From contig CBDUKN010000002.1 of NCBI GenBank assembly GCA_965367815.1, positions 64,001 to 128,000 on the forward strand: a DNA stretch of 64,000 nucleotides, written 5' to 3'. The notes under the pieces are model-generated. The model searched no databases and was not told where the DNA came from. It saw nothing but the letters and a program-made list of their open reading frames with translations. Position 1 is the stretch's first letter. Each line of letters opens with the position of its first letter. This stretch comes from an uncultured Thermoprotei archaeon (GTDB taxonomy: Archaea > Thermoproteota > Thermoprotei > Thermofilales > B15-G2). This document shows positions 29,575-39,220 of the stretch, in pieces. Position numbers and translations under genes: made by a program.

Positions 29575-30702
29575 TTATCCATAGAACGGCGCTGGTAGAC
29601 ACAGCACTAGTATAACCAAGTACACTATGATCATTAGTTTCCTCGAAGTGCTCAGCGGAGAAACATTGTCTAGAGGCTCTATAGGTTTGCCTCCCATCAT
29701 CAAGAAAAACAACAGTATGAGAGCCATCATCCAGTACCCTAGAATAAAGAGCACTGCTATACCAGCTATAGAGAGGAGCCTAGCTCTCTTAGGACCTACA
29801 AGCGCTCTTATGACATGGCCTCCGTCGAGTTGCCAAACAGGGAAAAGATTTAGCGCTGTAATAATGAAACCTGCCCAGGCTACGAAAGCTAGTGGATGCA
29901 AGTAGTAGACATAGTTGGGTCCTGGAAGAGGCTTATAGTATGAGAGAATAATATCCATTAACACAGGAGTCGGAATGTAAACAAAGACATAGCCCTGCTC
30001 TGTCCAAGCTTTAAGCTGCTCTAGCGAAACAACGCCTGTAACTCGAGCAGCTACCAGCATGACTACCACAGTCGCTAAAAAGCCGAAAATAGGGCCGCTG
30101 AAGCCAATATCGAATAACTCGTCTTTATTTGTCGGAGGCTCTTCTTGGAAAATAACTGCTCCAAATGTACCTCCTATCCCTATTCCTGGTGGTGCTGGTA
30201 TAAAGTAGGGAAGCGATGTTCTAACGCCGTGTATCATCGAAACTATTTTATGACCCATTTCATGGATTCCTACAATAGCCATTAGGGCTAAAGCATAGGC
30301 TAGCATCGTTAAGAGAACATTGACTTCGTGTCCCAGCACTTCAGGTAGAAGACTATCTGAAGCCCTAAGAAAACCATCTATTAGTACTGTAATGAAAGTC
30401 ACCACAAAGAGAAGTAGAGGTGTCTTAGGGTTCCTTCTCTTAGGTTCGAAAGGAAGTACTCTTATAGTCAAATAACCATTACTCTTCCTCAAGAAAGGCA
30501 GAAGCTTCCTACTTTTAGCTTCAAGAGCAAATTCCTTAAATTTACTCTTCAAGTCGCCGTCAGGCTGAATATAGAAAACAGGTACAAAGCCGTCGAACTC
30601 GTAGTGAAGCACATAAAAATACTTTGAAACTAAGGCCCTCGCTTCCTCAAAGAGCATTAATGGATAGGGCGTATACACAGAGTTCCCATAGTAATAGAAC
30701 AT
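29575..30702 (-). CDS. Site-2 protease (M50) intramembrane metalloprotease
   Basis: HEMGH, PYFIP, GTFGAVI, GP, NLFPVWQLDGGH. Confidence 0.9.
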   Translation of the reverse strand: MFYYYGNSVYTPYPLMLFEEARALVSKYFYVLHYEFDGFVPVFYIQPDGDLKSKFKEFALEAKSRKLLPFLRKSNGYLTIRVLPFEPKRRNPKTPLLLFVVTFITVLIDGFLRASDSLLPEVLGHEVNVLLTMLAYALALMAIVGIHEMGHKIVSMIHGVRTSLPYFIPAPPGIGIGGTFGAVIFQEEPPTNKDELFDIGFSGPIFGFLATVVVMLVAARVTGVVSLEQLKAWTEQGYVFVYIPTPVLMDIILSYYKPLPGPNYVYYLHPLAFVAWAGFIITALNLFPVWQLDGGHVIRALVGPKRARLLSIAGIAVLFILGYWMMALILLFFLMMGGKPIEPLDNVSPLSTSRKLMIIVYLVILVLCLPAPFYG

Positions 30703-30729
30703 AGACTCTTAAAATAGCTTAGCCTAAAA

Positions 30730-30793
30730 GCGGTCATCAAAAGGGGGCGAGAGGTCATCATTCATCAGAGCCGGCCTGGTATCAATCATCCGC
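30730..30793 (-). ncRNA. Box C/D sRNA (variant C box)
   Basis: Minus strand: GCGG-ATGATTGA-TACCAGGCCGGCT-CTGA(D')-TGA-ATGATGA(C')-CCTCTCGCCCCCTT-TTGA/ATGA(D)-CCGC, with a terminal GCGG/CCGC stem. Confidence 0.65.
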
Positions 30794-30916
30794 TATGTGC
30801 ATTCTCCTGTCTTGAGTATATATTCTTTGTTTCAGTCTTGAAACATCACTTCTATAAATACGAGGTAAAGCACTACAGAAACATATTTATTAACTTAGTT
30901 ATTACAATGCCCGGAT

Positions 30917-32065
30917 GTGTCGTCGGGTAGAATACTTATTGTTGATCCTATTCGTAGCGGCGGTATTGTTCCCGAAGGAGTGAAAAAGAACTTAATAGAC
31001 TATCTAGACGGCTATTCTACATGCCTTTACTGTACAGGAGATCTACACAGCATTAGGCGCCCTAATATCAAGAAACTAGTAGAAGAACTCGAGACCTTTA
31101 TCGACTGCAGTAAAGTGAGACTCGTTCACGGAGCTAGAGAAGGAATATTTACAGTAATGTTCGCTCTCTACAAAGAATATGTACTGAAGAATGAAAAAGC
31201 CCCTGTAGTTGTTGCAGACGGAAATGCACACTACACGAGCCTTCTTGCAGCCGAGAGAAGTATGCTTGAAGTAGTTTTAACAAAGACTACAGACTACCCT
31301 GAGTTCAAAGTAGTACCCGAGGACTTTGAAGAAAAAATAGAGCTAGTTAAAAAGAATTACGGAAAACCTCCTCTTTTAGCTTTAATTACATATCCTGACG
31401 GAAACTATGGCAATATACCTGAAGTTAAAAAAATAGTCGATATATGTAAAAGCCACGGCATCCACGTATTAATCAATGCTGCTTACGCCATAGGCAGAAT
31501 GCCTTTCTCTCTAAACAAAATAGGTGCAGACTTCGCCGTAGGCTCAGGCCACAAAAGCATGGCATGTACAGGACCCATAGGAGTCTTAGCCATGACAAAA
31601 GAAGCTTCTCGAATAGTACTTAAGAAAAGCAAGTATAAGGAAAATAAGGAAGTAGAACTCTTAGGGTGCACTGTAAGAGGAGCCCCCGCAGTCTGCTTGC
31701 TACAAGTACTACCCTACTTAAAGGAAAGAATCTCAAAGTGGGAAACTAAAGTAGAAATAGCAAGATATGTTGCTGACCGCCTTGAAAAAGAGCTAGGCTT
31801 CAAGCTCCTTGGAGAAAAGCCTCACAACCACGACCTACTTCACTTTGAGACGCCTCAGCTTTACGAAATTTCACTAAAAGTACGAGATAGGTTCTTCCTC
31901 TATAAAGAGCTCAAGAAGAAAAATATCATCGGAATAAAGCCGGGAATAACGAAAAGAATGAAGATAAGCACCTATCTTTTAGAAAAAGAGACAGCAGACT
32001 ACTTTATCGACTGTTTGAGAGAAATCGTAGAGAGGTTTGAAAACTATGATTTTACCAATAAATGA
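30917..32065 (+). CDS. pscS: Sep-tRNA:Cys-tRNA synthase (SepCysS)
   Basis: DPIRSGG, DGYSTCLYC, GAREG, AHYT, PDGNYGN, SGHKSMA (PLP lysine), EVELLGCT.RG. Confidence 0.92.
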   Translation: MSSGRILIVDPIRSGGIVPEGVKKNLIDYLDGYSTCLYCTGDLHSIRRPNIKKLVEELETFIDCSKVRLVHGAREGIFTVMFALYKEYVLKNEKAPVVVADGNAHYTSLLAAERSMLEVVLTKTTDYPEFKVVPEDFEEKIELVKKNYGKPPLLALITYPDGNYGNIPEVKKIVDICKSHGIHVLINAAYAIGRMPFSLNKIGADFAVGSGHKSMACTGPIGVLAMTKEASRIVLKKSKYKENKEVELLGCTVRGAPAVCLLQVLPYLKERISKWETKVEIARYVADRLEKELGFKLLGEKPHNHDLLHFETPQLYEISLKVRDRFFLYKELKKKNIIGIKPGITKRMKISTYLLEKETADYFIDCLREIVERFENYDFTNK

Positions 32066-33557
32066 AATCAAGAAAAGACTTAAAGAAAACGAGAACTTCG
32101 AGGACCTATGGATAGAATACTCGAATATATATCCAGATAATACTAGAAAAATACCATTAGAAAAATCCATAGGAAAACCTCACCCTGTAATAGACCTAAT
32201 ATATAGAATAAGAGAAGCTCTTCTTTCTCTAGGTTTTACTGAAGTAATAAATCCGATATTCATTCCCGCCGAAGATGTCTATAAACAGTACGGCCCAGAA
32301 GCCCCAGTAATACTCGACAGAATATACTTTCTGGCAGGCCTCCCGAGACCAGACATAGGACTCAGCACAGAGTACATAAATAGGATAAAGAAAGAAGTAG
32401 GTGAAATAGATTTCATTACACTTAAAAACGTTTTAAGAAAATATAGAGAAAGAGAAATAGAGGCAGACGAGCTTCTCGAAGTCTTAAAGAAAGAACTCAA
32501 GATAACAGACAAACAGTGCTTAAGACTAATAAGTATTCTCAAAGACTTCTTCGACCTAAAGCCTACTCCTTTAGCCACTACTTTAAGAAGCCACATGACT
32601 GCATCCTGGTTTATTACACTCAGCCACATACTAGAGTACCTAGATCCACCTCTAAGGCTCTTTTCAATAGACTGGGTTTTTAGAAGAGAACAACGAGTAG
32701 ATAAAAATCATCTACGCTACTATCACTCAGCCTCCATAGTTGTAGTAGACGAAAACTTAAGTGTAAACGCTTCAATAGAATTAACTAAAACTATTCTGAA
32801 CAAAATAGGTTTAAATAAAATAAAAATAGTTAAAAAACAAGATACCTCGAGATACTACGCATATAATAGAGAATTCGAAATATACGTAGAACTCCGCGGA
32901 AAAATGCATGAAATAGGAACCTTCGGCCTATATTCTCCCATAGCACTAGCCAACTACGATATCCCCTACCCTGTCTACAATTTCGGCTTAGGTGTAGAAA
33001 GACTAGCACAAGTAATATACAATACTGAAGACATAAGAGTCCTAGTATTTCCTTACCTGTACTCAGTAATAAGCGACCAAGATATAGCTTCAAGAATAAA
33101 ACCTATTCTAAGTCCGTCTACTGAATACGGAAAACAAATAGAGAAAATACTCTTATCAAATATAGAAAAATATAGAAGCAAAGCAGGTCCATTTAAAGTA
33201 CACATCTACAGTGACGAAAAAATAGATATCTACTTATATGAACCAGATCCTAAGCCATATGCTGGACCAGCAACATTCAATAAAATTTACGTACACAATG
33301 GAAATATCATCAGTAGTGTAGAAGACCATGAAGGAATATACGTTGGACGCTATATAGACTTCATTGTAAAGAAGTTCGCTAAACTAATTGAAGACAGAAA
33401 AACAGGGTGGATGCGCGTAAGATGGGTTGAAGGCCCAGCCGACGCTAATATTAAGATTTCTCCTAAGATAATGAAATATATTCACGAGAAAAACAGAACG
33501 ATTGATATTAAGGGACCAGTTTTCGTAGATATTATTGTAGAGAAAAAGTCATCATAG
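32046..33557 (+). CDS. sepS: O-phosphoseryl-tRNA(Cys) synthetase (SepRS)
   Basis: GKPHP, KQYGPEAPVILDR.Y.LAGLPRPD.G, LRSHMT..WF.TL, FSID.VFRREQ, YHSAS, N.GLGVERLA; ATG at 32046 overlaps the pscS end. Confidence 0.92.
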   Translation: MILPINEIKKRLKENENFEDLWIEYSNIYPDNTRKIPLEKSIGKPHPVIDLIYRIREALLSLGFTEVINPIFIPAEDVYKQYGPEAPVILDRIYFLAGLPRPDIGLSTEYINRIKKEVGEIDFITLKNVLRKYREREIEADELLEVLKKELKITDKQCLRLISILKDFFDLKPTPLATTLRSHMTASWFITLSHILEYLDPPLRLFSIDWVFRREQRVDKNHLRYYHSASIVVVDENLSVNASIELTKTILNKIGLNKIKIVKKQDTSRYYAYNREFEIYVELRGKMHEIGTFGLYSPIALANYDIPYPVYNFGLGVERLAQVIYNTEDIRVLVFPYLYSVISDQDIASRIKPILSPSTEYGKQIEKILLSNIEKYRSKAGPFKVHIYSDEKIDIYLYEPDPKPYAGPATFNKIYVHNGNIISSVEDHEGIYVGRYIDFIVKKFAKLIEDRKTGWMRVRWVEGPADANIKISPKIMKYIHEKNRTIDIKGPVFVDIIVEKKSS

Positions 33558-33558
33558 C

Positions 33559-34209
33559 TCAGCGGCCTGTAGATTCGTCACTGCTCAGCTCCCTAATTGT
33601 ATTTTTGTCTTCTCGATTTATTGTTTTTGATTTAGCTACTTTAATTAAGTACAGTGTTTCGAAGAAAGGGCACTCTTTTTTAGCTACGATTTTTGCTACA
33701 AGTCCATGTTTTTTAATGCTTTTCATTACTTTGTCAATGTTTGTGTAGCTGGAGAAAATGAAATATAGCGGACATTGTCCTTTAAAGAGCTCACTGTACA
33801 TATCTATTAACTTAAGTATTACTTCGCACCCATTTTTTCCACCACACCATGTTATATCTTCCTGTGTTTCTGGTTCGCAGGGAAGATAGGGAGGATTACA
33901 TGCTATTATGTCTACTTTAGCTTCTTTTCTTATTGCTGAGAGGAGGTCTCCGCATACTACATCTATTTTGTCTGCAAGACTGTTTTCTTTGGCGTTTGCT
34001 AGTGTATTGTAACATGCCGTTTTGTTTACATCGATTGCTATAACGTAGGCCTTTTTGGACGCCAATTTAAGTGCTATGAGCCCTGTTCCACAACATACTT
34101 CAATACATATTTTTCCGGCGTCGTCTATGTTATCGTATAGTAAAAAAGTGTCTTCTGAAGGCGAATAAACTCCTTTAAATACTTTTATTTTAAATCCGTT
34201 TATTTCCAT
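33559..34209 (-). CDS. HemK2/N6AMT1-like methyltransferase (probable release-factor Gln methyltransferase)
   Basis: VY.PSEDTFLL, EVCCGTG, NPPYLP, W.GG..G, FFE.L. Confidence 0.85.
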   Translation of the reverse strand: MEINGFKIKVFKGVYSPSEDTFLLYDNIDDAGKICIEVCCGTGLIALKLASKKAYVIAIDVNKTACYNTLANAKENSLADKIDVVCGDLLSAIRKEAKVDIIACNPPYLPCEPETQEDITWCGGKNGCEVILKLIDMYSELFKGQCPLYFIFSSYTNIDKVMKSIKKHGLVAKIVAKKECPFFETLYLIKVAKSKTINREDKNTIRELSSDESTGR

Positions 34210-35303
34210 TAGCCTAGAAGCTTTTCTAGTTTTTCTAATAGTTTTTTCTGGAGGCCTACTTTTTTGCTGAGTCTTTCTTTAAGCATTGAGATTGGTTTTA
34301 TTTGGGCAGGATCTCTTCCGTAGAGAAGTGCTAAATATATGCTTGCTACTCCTCCTAAGTGGCATATGTCGATTATTTTCGCTAGTTTTGTTTCTGCTCT
34401 GCTTTCGAGTTCTATTATTTCTGCGCCGTAGCTTTTCATGATATCTATTGTCGCCTCTATTCTCTCTGTGAGATATTCTTCTTCGTCTCTAAGAACTATT
34501 GCTGTGAATACTTTGGATAGCTCTGTGTCTTCCCATCCGACTATATCGTTGTGGTCTAGTTCTGGGAAGTCTTCGGCTTTAGCTGGTACTTTGCTGTTTT
34601 CATTGAATTCTTTTTTGAGTCTATGTGCTGTTCCTCTGTAGAATGAGTGCCCGTAGATAACAGGTATTTTTTGGTAGAGTCTTTTTGCTAGTTTCATTGC
34701 TTCGTTGTCTTTTTTATCTGGACTAAGGGATTCCTTGTTTTCTTCAAGTATCTTTATTGCTTCACTGTAGTCTATTTTAGGAACTATGTTTAGGCACTCG
34801 AGTATTCTTGTTACTGCGAAAAATAGCTGTGGTAGAGATGCTCTGGGCTGATACCCCGGTCTCAGCAGTATGTGTAGTCCGCCTGTTTTCTCTGCGAATG
34901 TCTTTAGGTATCCTCCTGAAGATATGCTAGCTACCATGCAGTTTTTCTCTATGGCTTGAACGTAGCAAGAAAGTGTTTCCTCGGTATTTCCTGAGTAACT
35001 AATCGCTATGACTAGTGTTTCTTCTCCGCTGTAAGGAGGTAGCGTATAGTCTTTAACTACTTCCATAGGGACTTTTATTTTCTCTCCTAAAGCATCTTTA
35101 ACTAAGTCTCCTGCTATACCTGATCCTCCTAAACCGCATATTACTATGTTCTTTGGAGGAGAGTATTCACGGCAGCCTTGCTTTACGCGGAATTTGCTTG
35201 GACAGGATATATCGAGGCTTAGAATGTAGTTGACTTGATCTACCCAATTTAAATATGTTTTGAGCATTCCTTGTTTATCTACTTTATAGTCGAAGTCTAG
35301 CAC
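34209..35303 (-). CDS. Bifunctional phosphoglucose/phosphomannose isomerase (SIS)
   Basis: GLGGSG, SYSGNTEET, QPRA, NENSK, PELDHN. Confidence 0.9.
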   Translation of the reverse strand: MLDFDYKVDKQGMLKTYLNWVDQVNYILSLDISCPSKFRVKQGCREYSPPKNIVICGLGGSGIAGDLVKDALGEKIKVPMEVVKDYTLPPYSGEETLVIAISYSGNTEETLSCYVQAIEKNCMVASISSGGYLKTFAEKTGGLHILLRPGYQPRASLPQLFFAVTRILECLNIVPKIDYSEAIKILEENKESLSPDKKDNEAMKLAKRLYQKIPVIYGHSFYRGTAHRLKKEFNENSKVPAKAEDFPELDHNDIVGWEDTELSKVFTAIVLRDEEEYLTERIEATIDIMKSYGAEIIELESRAETKLAKIIDICHLGGVASIYLALLYGRDPAQIKPISMLKERLSKKVGLQKKLLEKLEKLLG

Positions 35304-35363
35304 AAGAAGAAGTAGTATAAATAGATATTAAGTTTATTGGATTAGCTAAGACTATGAGCAAAA

Positions 35364-36068
35364 CTAGCGGCGAGCAGGTACTGTGAGCGCTTTTGCTAGT
35401 TTCTTTCTCCTCCATACTGAGTATTCGTGCATTACTAGGAATAATGCTACTATTACTAGTACTATTAGGACTATTAGCCCGATGAATTCTGGTAATGTGA
35501 GACTCCATCCCGCAATTGATATGAATATGTCTAGCTGCAGAGTTATTCTAGAAGTTTCCATGCCTTTTATAGTTACTTCAGCTGACGCCTCTTTTCCTCC
35601 ATATGTTGCTTTAACTTTATATGTTGCTTGGGGCAGTTCTGTGACGTAGAGGCCAGAGGCATCTGTTGCGCCTGTTTCTACTACTTTTTCACCGTAGATT
35701 ATTGTTACTGTAGCGCCTTGAATTTCTTGACCTCTTGCTCCTACTACTTTTACTTCAAGGCAGCCTATTTCTCTACACAGTATTACTGGGTTGTAGTATG
35801 TGACTGTATACGTAACACCTATTGGTACTCCTTTCCACTCGATAATAGTCACATTTGCTTTACCTAGAGGAACGTTTCTCAGTGTTAGTTGGCCGTTTGC
35901 GTCTAGTACTGCTTCAAAGCTTTCTCCCGTTACATAAGTTACTCTTACTTTTGCTCCAGCGAGTGGTTTTTTATGCGGAGTAGATATTGATGGCTGAGCA
36001 TAAGTAGTAGTGCCGAGTATTAAACAACACAGAGCCAATACTATTACAAGTGAGTTAATTCTCATCAA
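35364..36068 (-). CDS. Surface protein with two carboxypeptidase-regulatory-like (transthyretin-like) domains
   Basis: Signal peptide; PL.GA.V / G..I.GATV repeats, TDASG; C-terminal TM followed by RRKK. Confidence 0.7.
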   Translation of the reverse strand: MMRINSLVIVLALCCLILGTTTYAQPSISTPHKKPLAGAKVRVTYVTGESFEAVLDANGQLTLRNVPLGKANVTIIEWKGVPIGVTYTVTYYNPVILCREIGCLEVKVVGARGQEIQGATVTIIYGEKVVETGATDASGLYVTELPQATYKVKATYGGKEASAEVTIKGMETSRITLQLDIFISIAGWSLTLPEFIGLIVLIVLVIVALFLVMHEYSVWRRKKLAKALTVPARR

Positions 36069-36107
36069 GAATAGAAGTCTTCAAAGAAAATAAAAACTTA
36101 TCTATGG

Positions 36108-37403
36108 TTAGAGACTAATTCTACCCTTCTTTACTCCAGCCTTCTCTCTTTCGGGAGCTGTTATCTCGAAGAGTTTCTTGATTAGCTCTTCTTCTTCTGG
36201 TGGTAAAGGCTGTTTTCTTCTAGCCTTCATTCTGCGCTGTGTTTCGACAACCGAGTCTACGTATAATTCCACTAGTACTCCTCCTAGAGACTTCGCGTAG
36301 AATGTGAATGAAGGGACATCTGAAGTAATGTAGCCGTGTACTTGTGATGCTAAGCCTATTCTTTTGCCTGTGTAGATGTATGTTCCTATAGCTGTTTTAG
36401 CCATGTCGCCTATAAAGCAGCCTACTTTCTTCATACCAGTGTCTATTTTCTGTCCTCTTATTGTTAGTCTGACTGTTCCGTAGGTGTTCTTTAAGTCGCT
36501 ATTAGTGGTCATAGCGCCTATGTTGACCCATTCGCAGACGTAAGCGTGGCCTATGAAGCCTGCATGGTACTTGTTTGAGAAACCGTGCATTACAGATTCT
36601 TCGAATTCTCCTCCTACTCTACATATGTCTCCAATGTTGCTTCCTTCTCGTATTTGAGCTCCGCCCACGATTATAGTGTCTTTGCCTATGTATGTTGGTC
36701 CCTCTATTCTGGCTCCTGCTTGGACTTTAGTGCCGTCTCCAATGTATACTGGTCCTGTTCGTGCTTCAATTACTACGTATGGCTCTATTTCAACATCTTT
36801 GCCTATGTAGACATTCTTCCTGTCGCCTGTTATTGTTACATCGACTCCGCTTTCCCATTCTTTGCCTACGAACTCTTTCAGGTCTTTGGCTATCATTTCT
36901 GAGTTTACTTTGATTATGTCCCAGGGGAATCTAGCTAAAGTGATGTCTGGGACTTCTATTTTCTCTACTTTTTCTTTAATTGCTTCGTATACTTCAGATG
37001 AAACTGGCTTCATGAAGTACTGTGAAATTTCTTTCGCTAGACTGGCTGAAGCCTTTATTGCTACTATATCTCTTTCCGACAAAACTATGCAGTCTCCTTT
37101 CCTTTCTTTTAGTTTAGATAAGAGTTCTTCGAATTTCTCGTTGAATACGACTTTTCCGTTAATAAATAGTGTTTCGTCGTCTACCTCCTTGTTAATATAC
37201 ACGTTGCTGTAGCCTTCGTGTTTCATTCTCCATTCAAAGTATTTTGCGAGATAATCTCTCATGTATAAGAAGACTTTATCGGAGATTTTTGTGGCTCTGT
37301 CTATTAAGGTATATACTCCTATTCTCAGTGCATAGGCTGGGCGCATATAGGTTAACGGGTATAGAAGATCGTAGTCTGCGTCTTCAAACAGAGCTATATA
37401 CAT
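36108..37403 (-). CDS. Putative sugar nucleotidyltransferase (NTP_transf_4 + left-handed beta-helix, GlmU-related)
   Basis: LFED....LYPLT..RP...LRIG, hexapeptide repeats, NKYH.GF.GH, NSDLKN.Y. Confidence 0.82.
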   Translation of the reverse strand: MYIALFEDADYDLLYPLTYMRPAYALRIGVYTLIDRATKISDKVFLYMRDYLAKYFEWRMKHEGYSNVYINKEVDDETLFINGKVVFNEKFEELLSKLKERKGDCIVLSERDIVAIKASASLAKEISQYFMKPVSSEVYEAIKEKVEKIEVPDITLARFPWDIIKVNSEMIAKDLKEFVGKEWESGVDVTITGDRKNVYIGKDVEIEPYVVIEARTGPVYIGDGTKVQAGARIEGPTYIGKDTIIVGGAQIREGSNIGDICRVGGEFEESVMHGFSNKYHAGFIGHAYVCEWVNIGAMTTNSDLKNTYGTVRLTIRGQKIDTGMKKVGCFIGDMAKTAIGTYIYTGKRIGLASQVHGYITSDVPSFTFYAKSLGGVLVELYVDSVVETQRRMKARRKQPLPPEEEELIKKLFEITAPEREKAGVKKGRISL

Positions 37404-37521
37404 GTATTACTCACCCTCTTTAGCTTCTTTAATACTCCTTAAAAATCTTTCTTTCTAATATAAAATGGCTTAATGCCTGAAGGTTACCATATTCTTAAAT
37501 AGTGTTAGTTCTTATGGTTAA

Positions 37522-38898
37522 GTGATGGTTATTAAGAATAAAAAAGAGCTTCTGAACCACGGTGAAGTAGAGGCAAGAGAAAAAGTACTTGAAATTCTTG
37601 AAGAAGGCTTAAAGGCGGCTGATCCCGAAATAGCTATTAAAAGGAATGTTGTTTTGAGAAACAGTACTGCTGTTTTCGGCGGAAAAGTAGAGGTTGATCT
37701 GAGTCGATTTGAGAATATTGTGGTTGTCGGTGCAGGTAAAGCTTCTGGAGGAATGGGGCAAGCAATTGAAGAAATTTTCAGAGATAGGCTTACCTGTGGA
37801 GTAGTTATTGTACCGAGGGGGATCGCTTCTAAGTATGTTTGCAAGAAAATAAAATTGATTGAGGCAGATCACCCAGTACCTACTGAGAAGAACATAATGG
37901 CTGCCGAAGAAGTAGTTTCTATTATTGAAAAGTACTCGGGAGAGAATACCTTATTTATTTGCTTGATTTCAGGAGGAGGGTCTGCTTTACTCACTATGCC
38001 TCGCAGAGGGCTCACTATAGAGGATATGCAGGAATTGACTAGACTTCTGCTTAAATGTGGAGCAGATATCACTGAAGTAAATACTGTTAGAAAGCACTTA
38101 TCTGAAGTAAAGGGAGGGCTTTTAGCTAAGAAAGCTTATCCTTCGCGAGTTGTAAGTCTTATAATATCTGATGTAGTAGGAGACCCCGTCGAGTACATAG
38201 CTTCAGGACCTACTGCTCCTGACTCTTCGACATTTAGAGATGCTGTAGAAATACTCAGGAGATACAATGTGTGGGATAAAGTATCTGATAAGGTAAAGTC
38301 TATTTTGCTTAAAGGGTGCAGAAGAGAAATACCTGAAACTCCTAAGCCTGGAGACCCTATTTTTGCTAAAATATCGAACATTATTATAGCTAGCAATAAA
38401 TTATCGCTAGAAGCTATGAAGAAAAAGTGCTTAGATCTCGGATTAAAGCCTGTTATACTCACGTCGTTTTTAGAAGGAGAAGCTAGACACGTAGGCAGAG
38501 TTTTAGCTTCAATAGCTAAAGAAGTAGCGCTTCACAGAAGTTTAGTTAAACCTCCTTGTGCTCTGCTGGCTGGAGGAGAAACAACTGTGACTGTAAAAGG
38601 AAGTGGACGCGGAGGAAGAAATCAAGAACTAGTTTTAGGCTTTGCTTTAGCTATAAGTGGCTTTAGAAAAATGACTTTCGCGTCTATTGGCAGCGACGGT
38701 ATAGATGGGGTAACTGATGCTGCCGGAGCAATATGCGATGGATATACAATAGAGCGAGGGAGAGAATTATGTCTCGACCCCTATGTTTTCCTGGAAGACA
38801 ATAATACTTACGAGTACTTCAAGAAGCTAAATGACTTAATATTTACAGGCCCTACTGGAACAAACGTTAACGACTTATCTGTAGCAGTAATACTCTAG
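37522..38898 (+). CDS. Glycerate 2-kinase (MOFRL family)
   Basis: GAGKA, HPVP, LISGGGSAL, N.VRKHLS.VKGG, SDVVGD, GGETTV, GGRNQE, TGPTGTNVND. Confidence 0.92.
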   Translation: MMVIKNKKELLNHGEVEAREKVLEILEEGLKAADPEIAIKRNVVLRNSTAVFGGKVEVDLSRFENIVVVGAGKASGGMGQAIEEIFRDRLTCGVVIVPRGIASKYVCKKIKLIEADHPVPTEKNIMAAEEVVSIIEKYSGENTLFICLISGGGSALLTMPRRGLTIEDMQELTRLLLKCGADITEVNTVRKHLSEVKGGLLAKKAYPSRVVSLIISDVVGDPVEYIASGPTAPDSSTFRDAVEILRRYNVWDKVSDKVKSILLKGCRREIPETPKPGDPIFAKISNIIIASNKLSLEAMKKKCLDLGLKPVILTSFLEGEARHVGRVLASIAKEVALHRSLVKPPCALLAGGETTVTVKGSGRGGRNQELVLGFALAISGFRKMTFASIGSDGIDGVTDAAGAICDGYTIERGRELCLDPYVFLEDNNTYEYFKKLNDLIFTGPTGTNVNDLSVAVIL

Positions 38899-38899
38899 T

Positions 38900-39205
38900 T
38901 TAACCTTTTTTAAGCCCGAGAATAAGGCCTACTGAGAAGCTTGCTGCAAAAGGTATCTGCGACTTGATGTATTCTTGAAGTCCTGAAGCCTTGCTTGAAG
39001 CAATCTGAATAATACTGTAGATTACTTCAGCTAGTCTGTCGTAGTTTATCGTAATTATTCTGCTATAGTCCAGGTAAAGTAGTATAGCCATAAATATGCC
39101 CAATACTAGCAGTAAGAATTTGACTATTTTCTTGATAGTGTATCCTGTAGAAAATCCTAGTATTCCTCCTACCCCTATCTGAAAAACAAGCTGCTCTACT
39201 ACCAC
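38900..39205 (-). CDS. FUN14-family membrane protein
   Basis: QIG.GG..GF.TGY.IKK, L.YL...I.IN, PF..SF..G...GLK. Confidence 0.85.
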   Translation of the reverse strand: MVVEQLVFQIGVGGILGFSTGYTIKKIVKFLLLVLGIFMAILLYLDYSRIITINYDRLAEVIYSIIQIASSKASGLQEYIKSQIPFAASFSVGLILGLKKG

Positions 39206-39220
39206 AGAAACTTCTAGCCT

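Noticed and set aside
35284-35508. 74-aa minus-strand ORF overlapping the surface-protein gene and pgi/pmi
   Set aside because: Alternate frame of a better-supported gene
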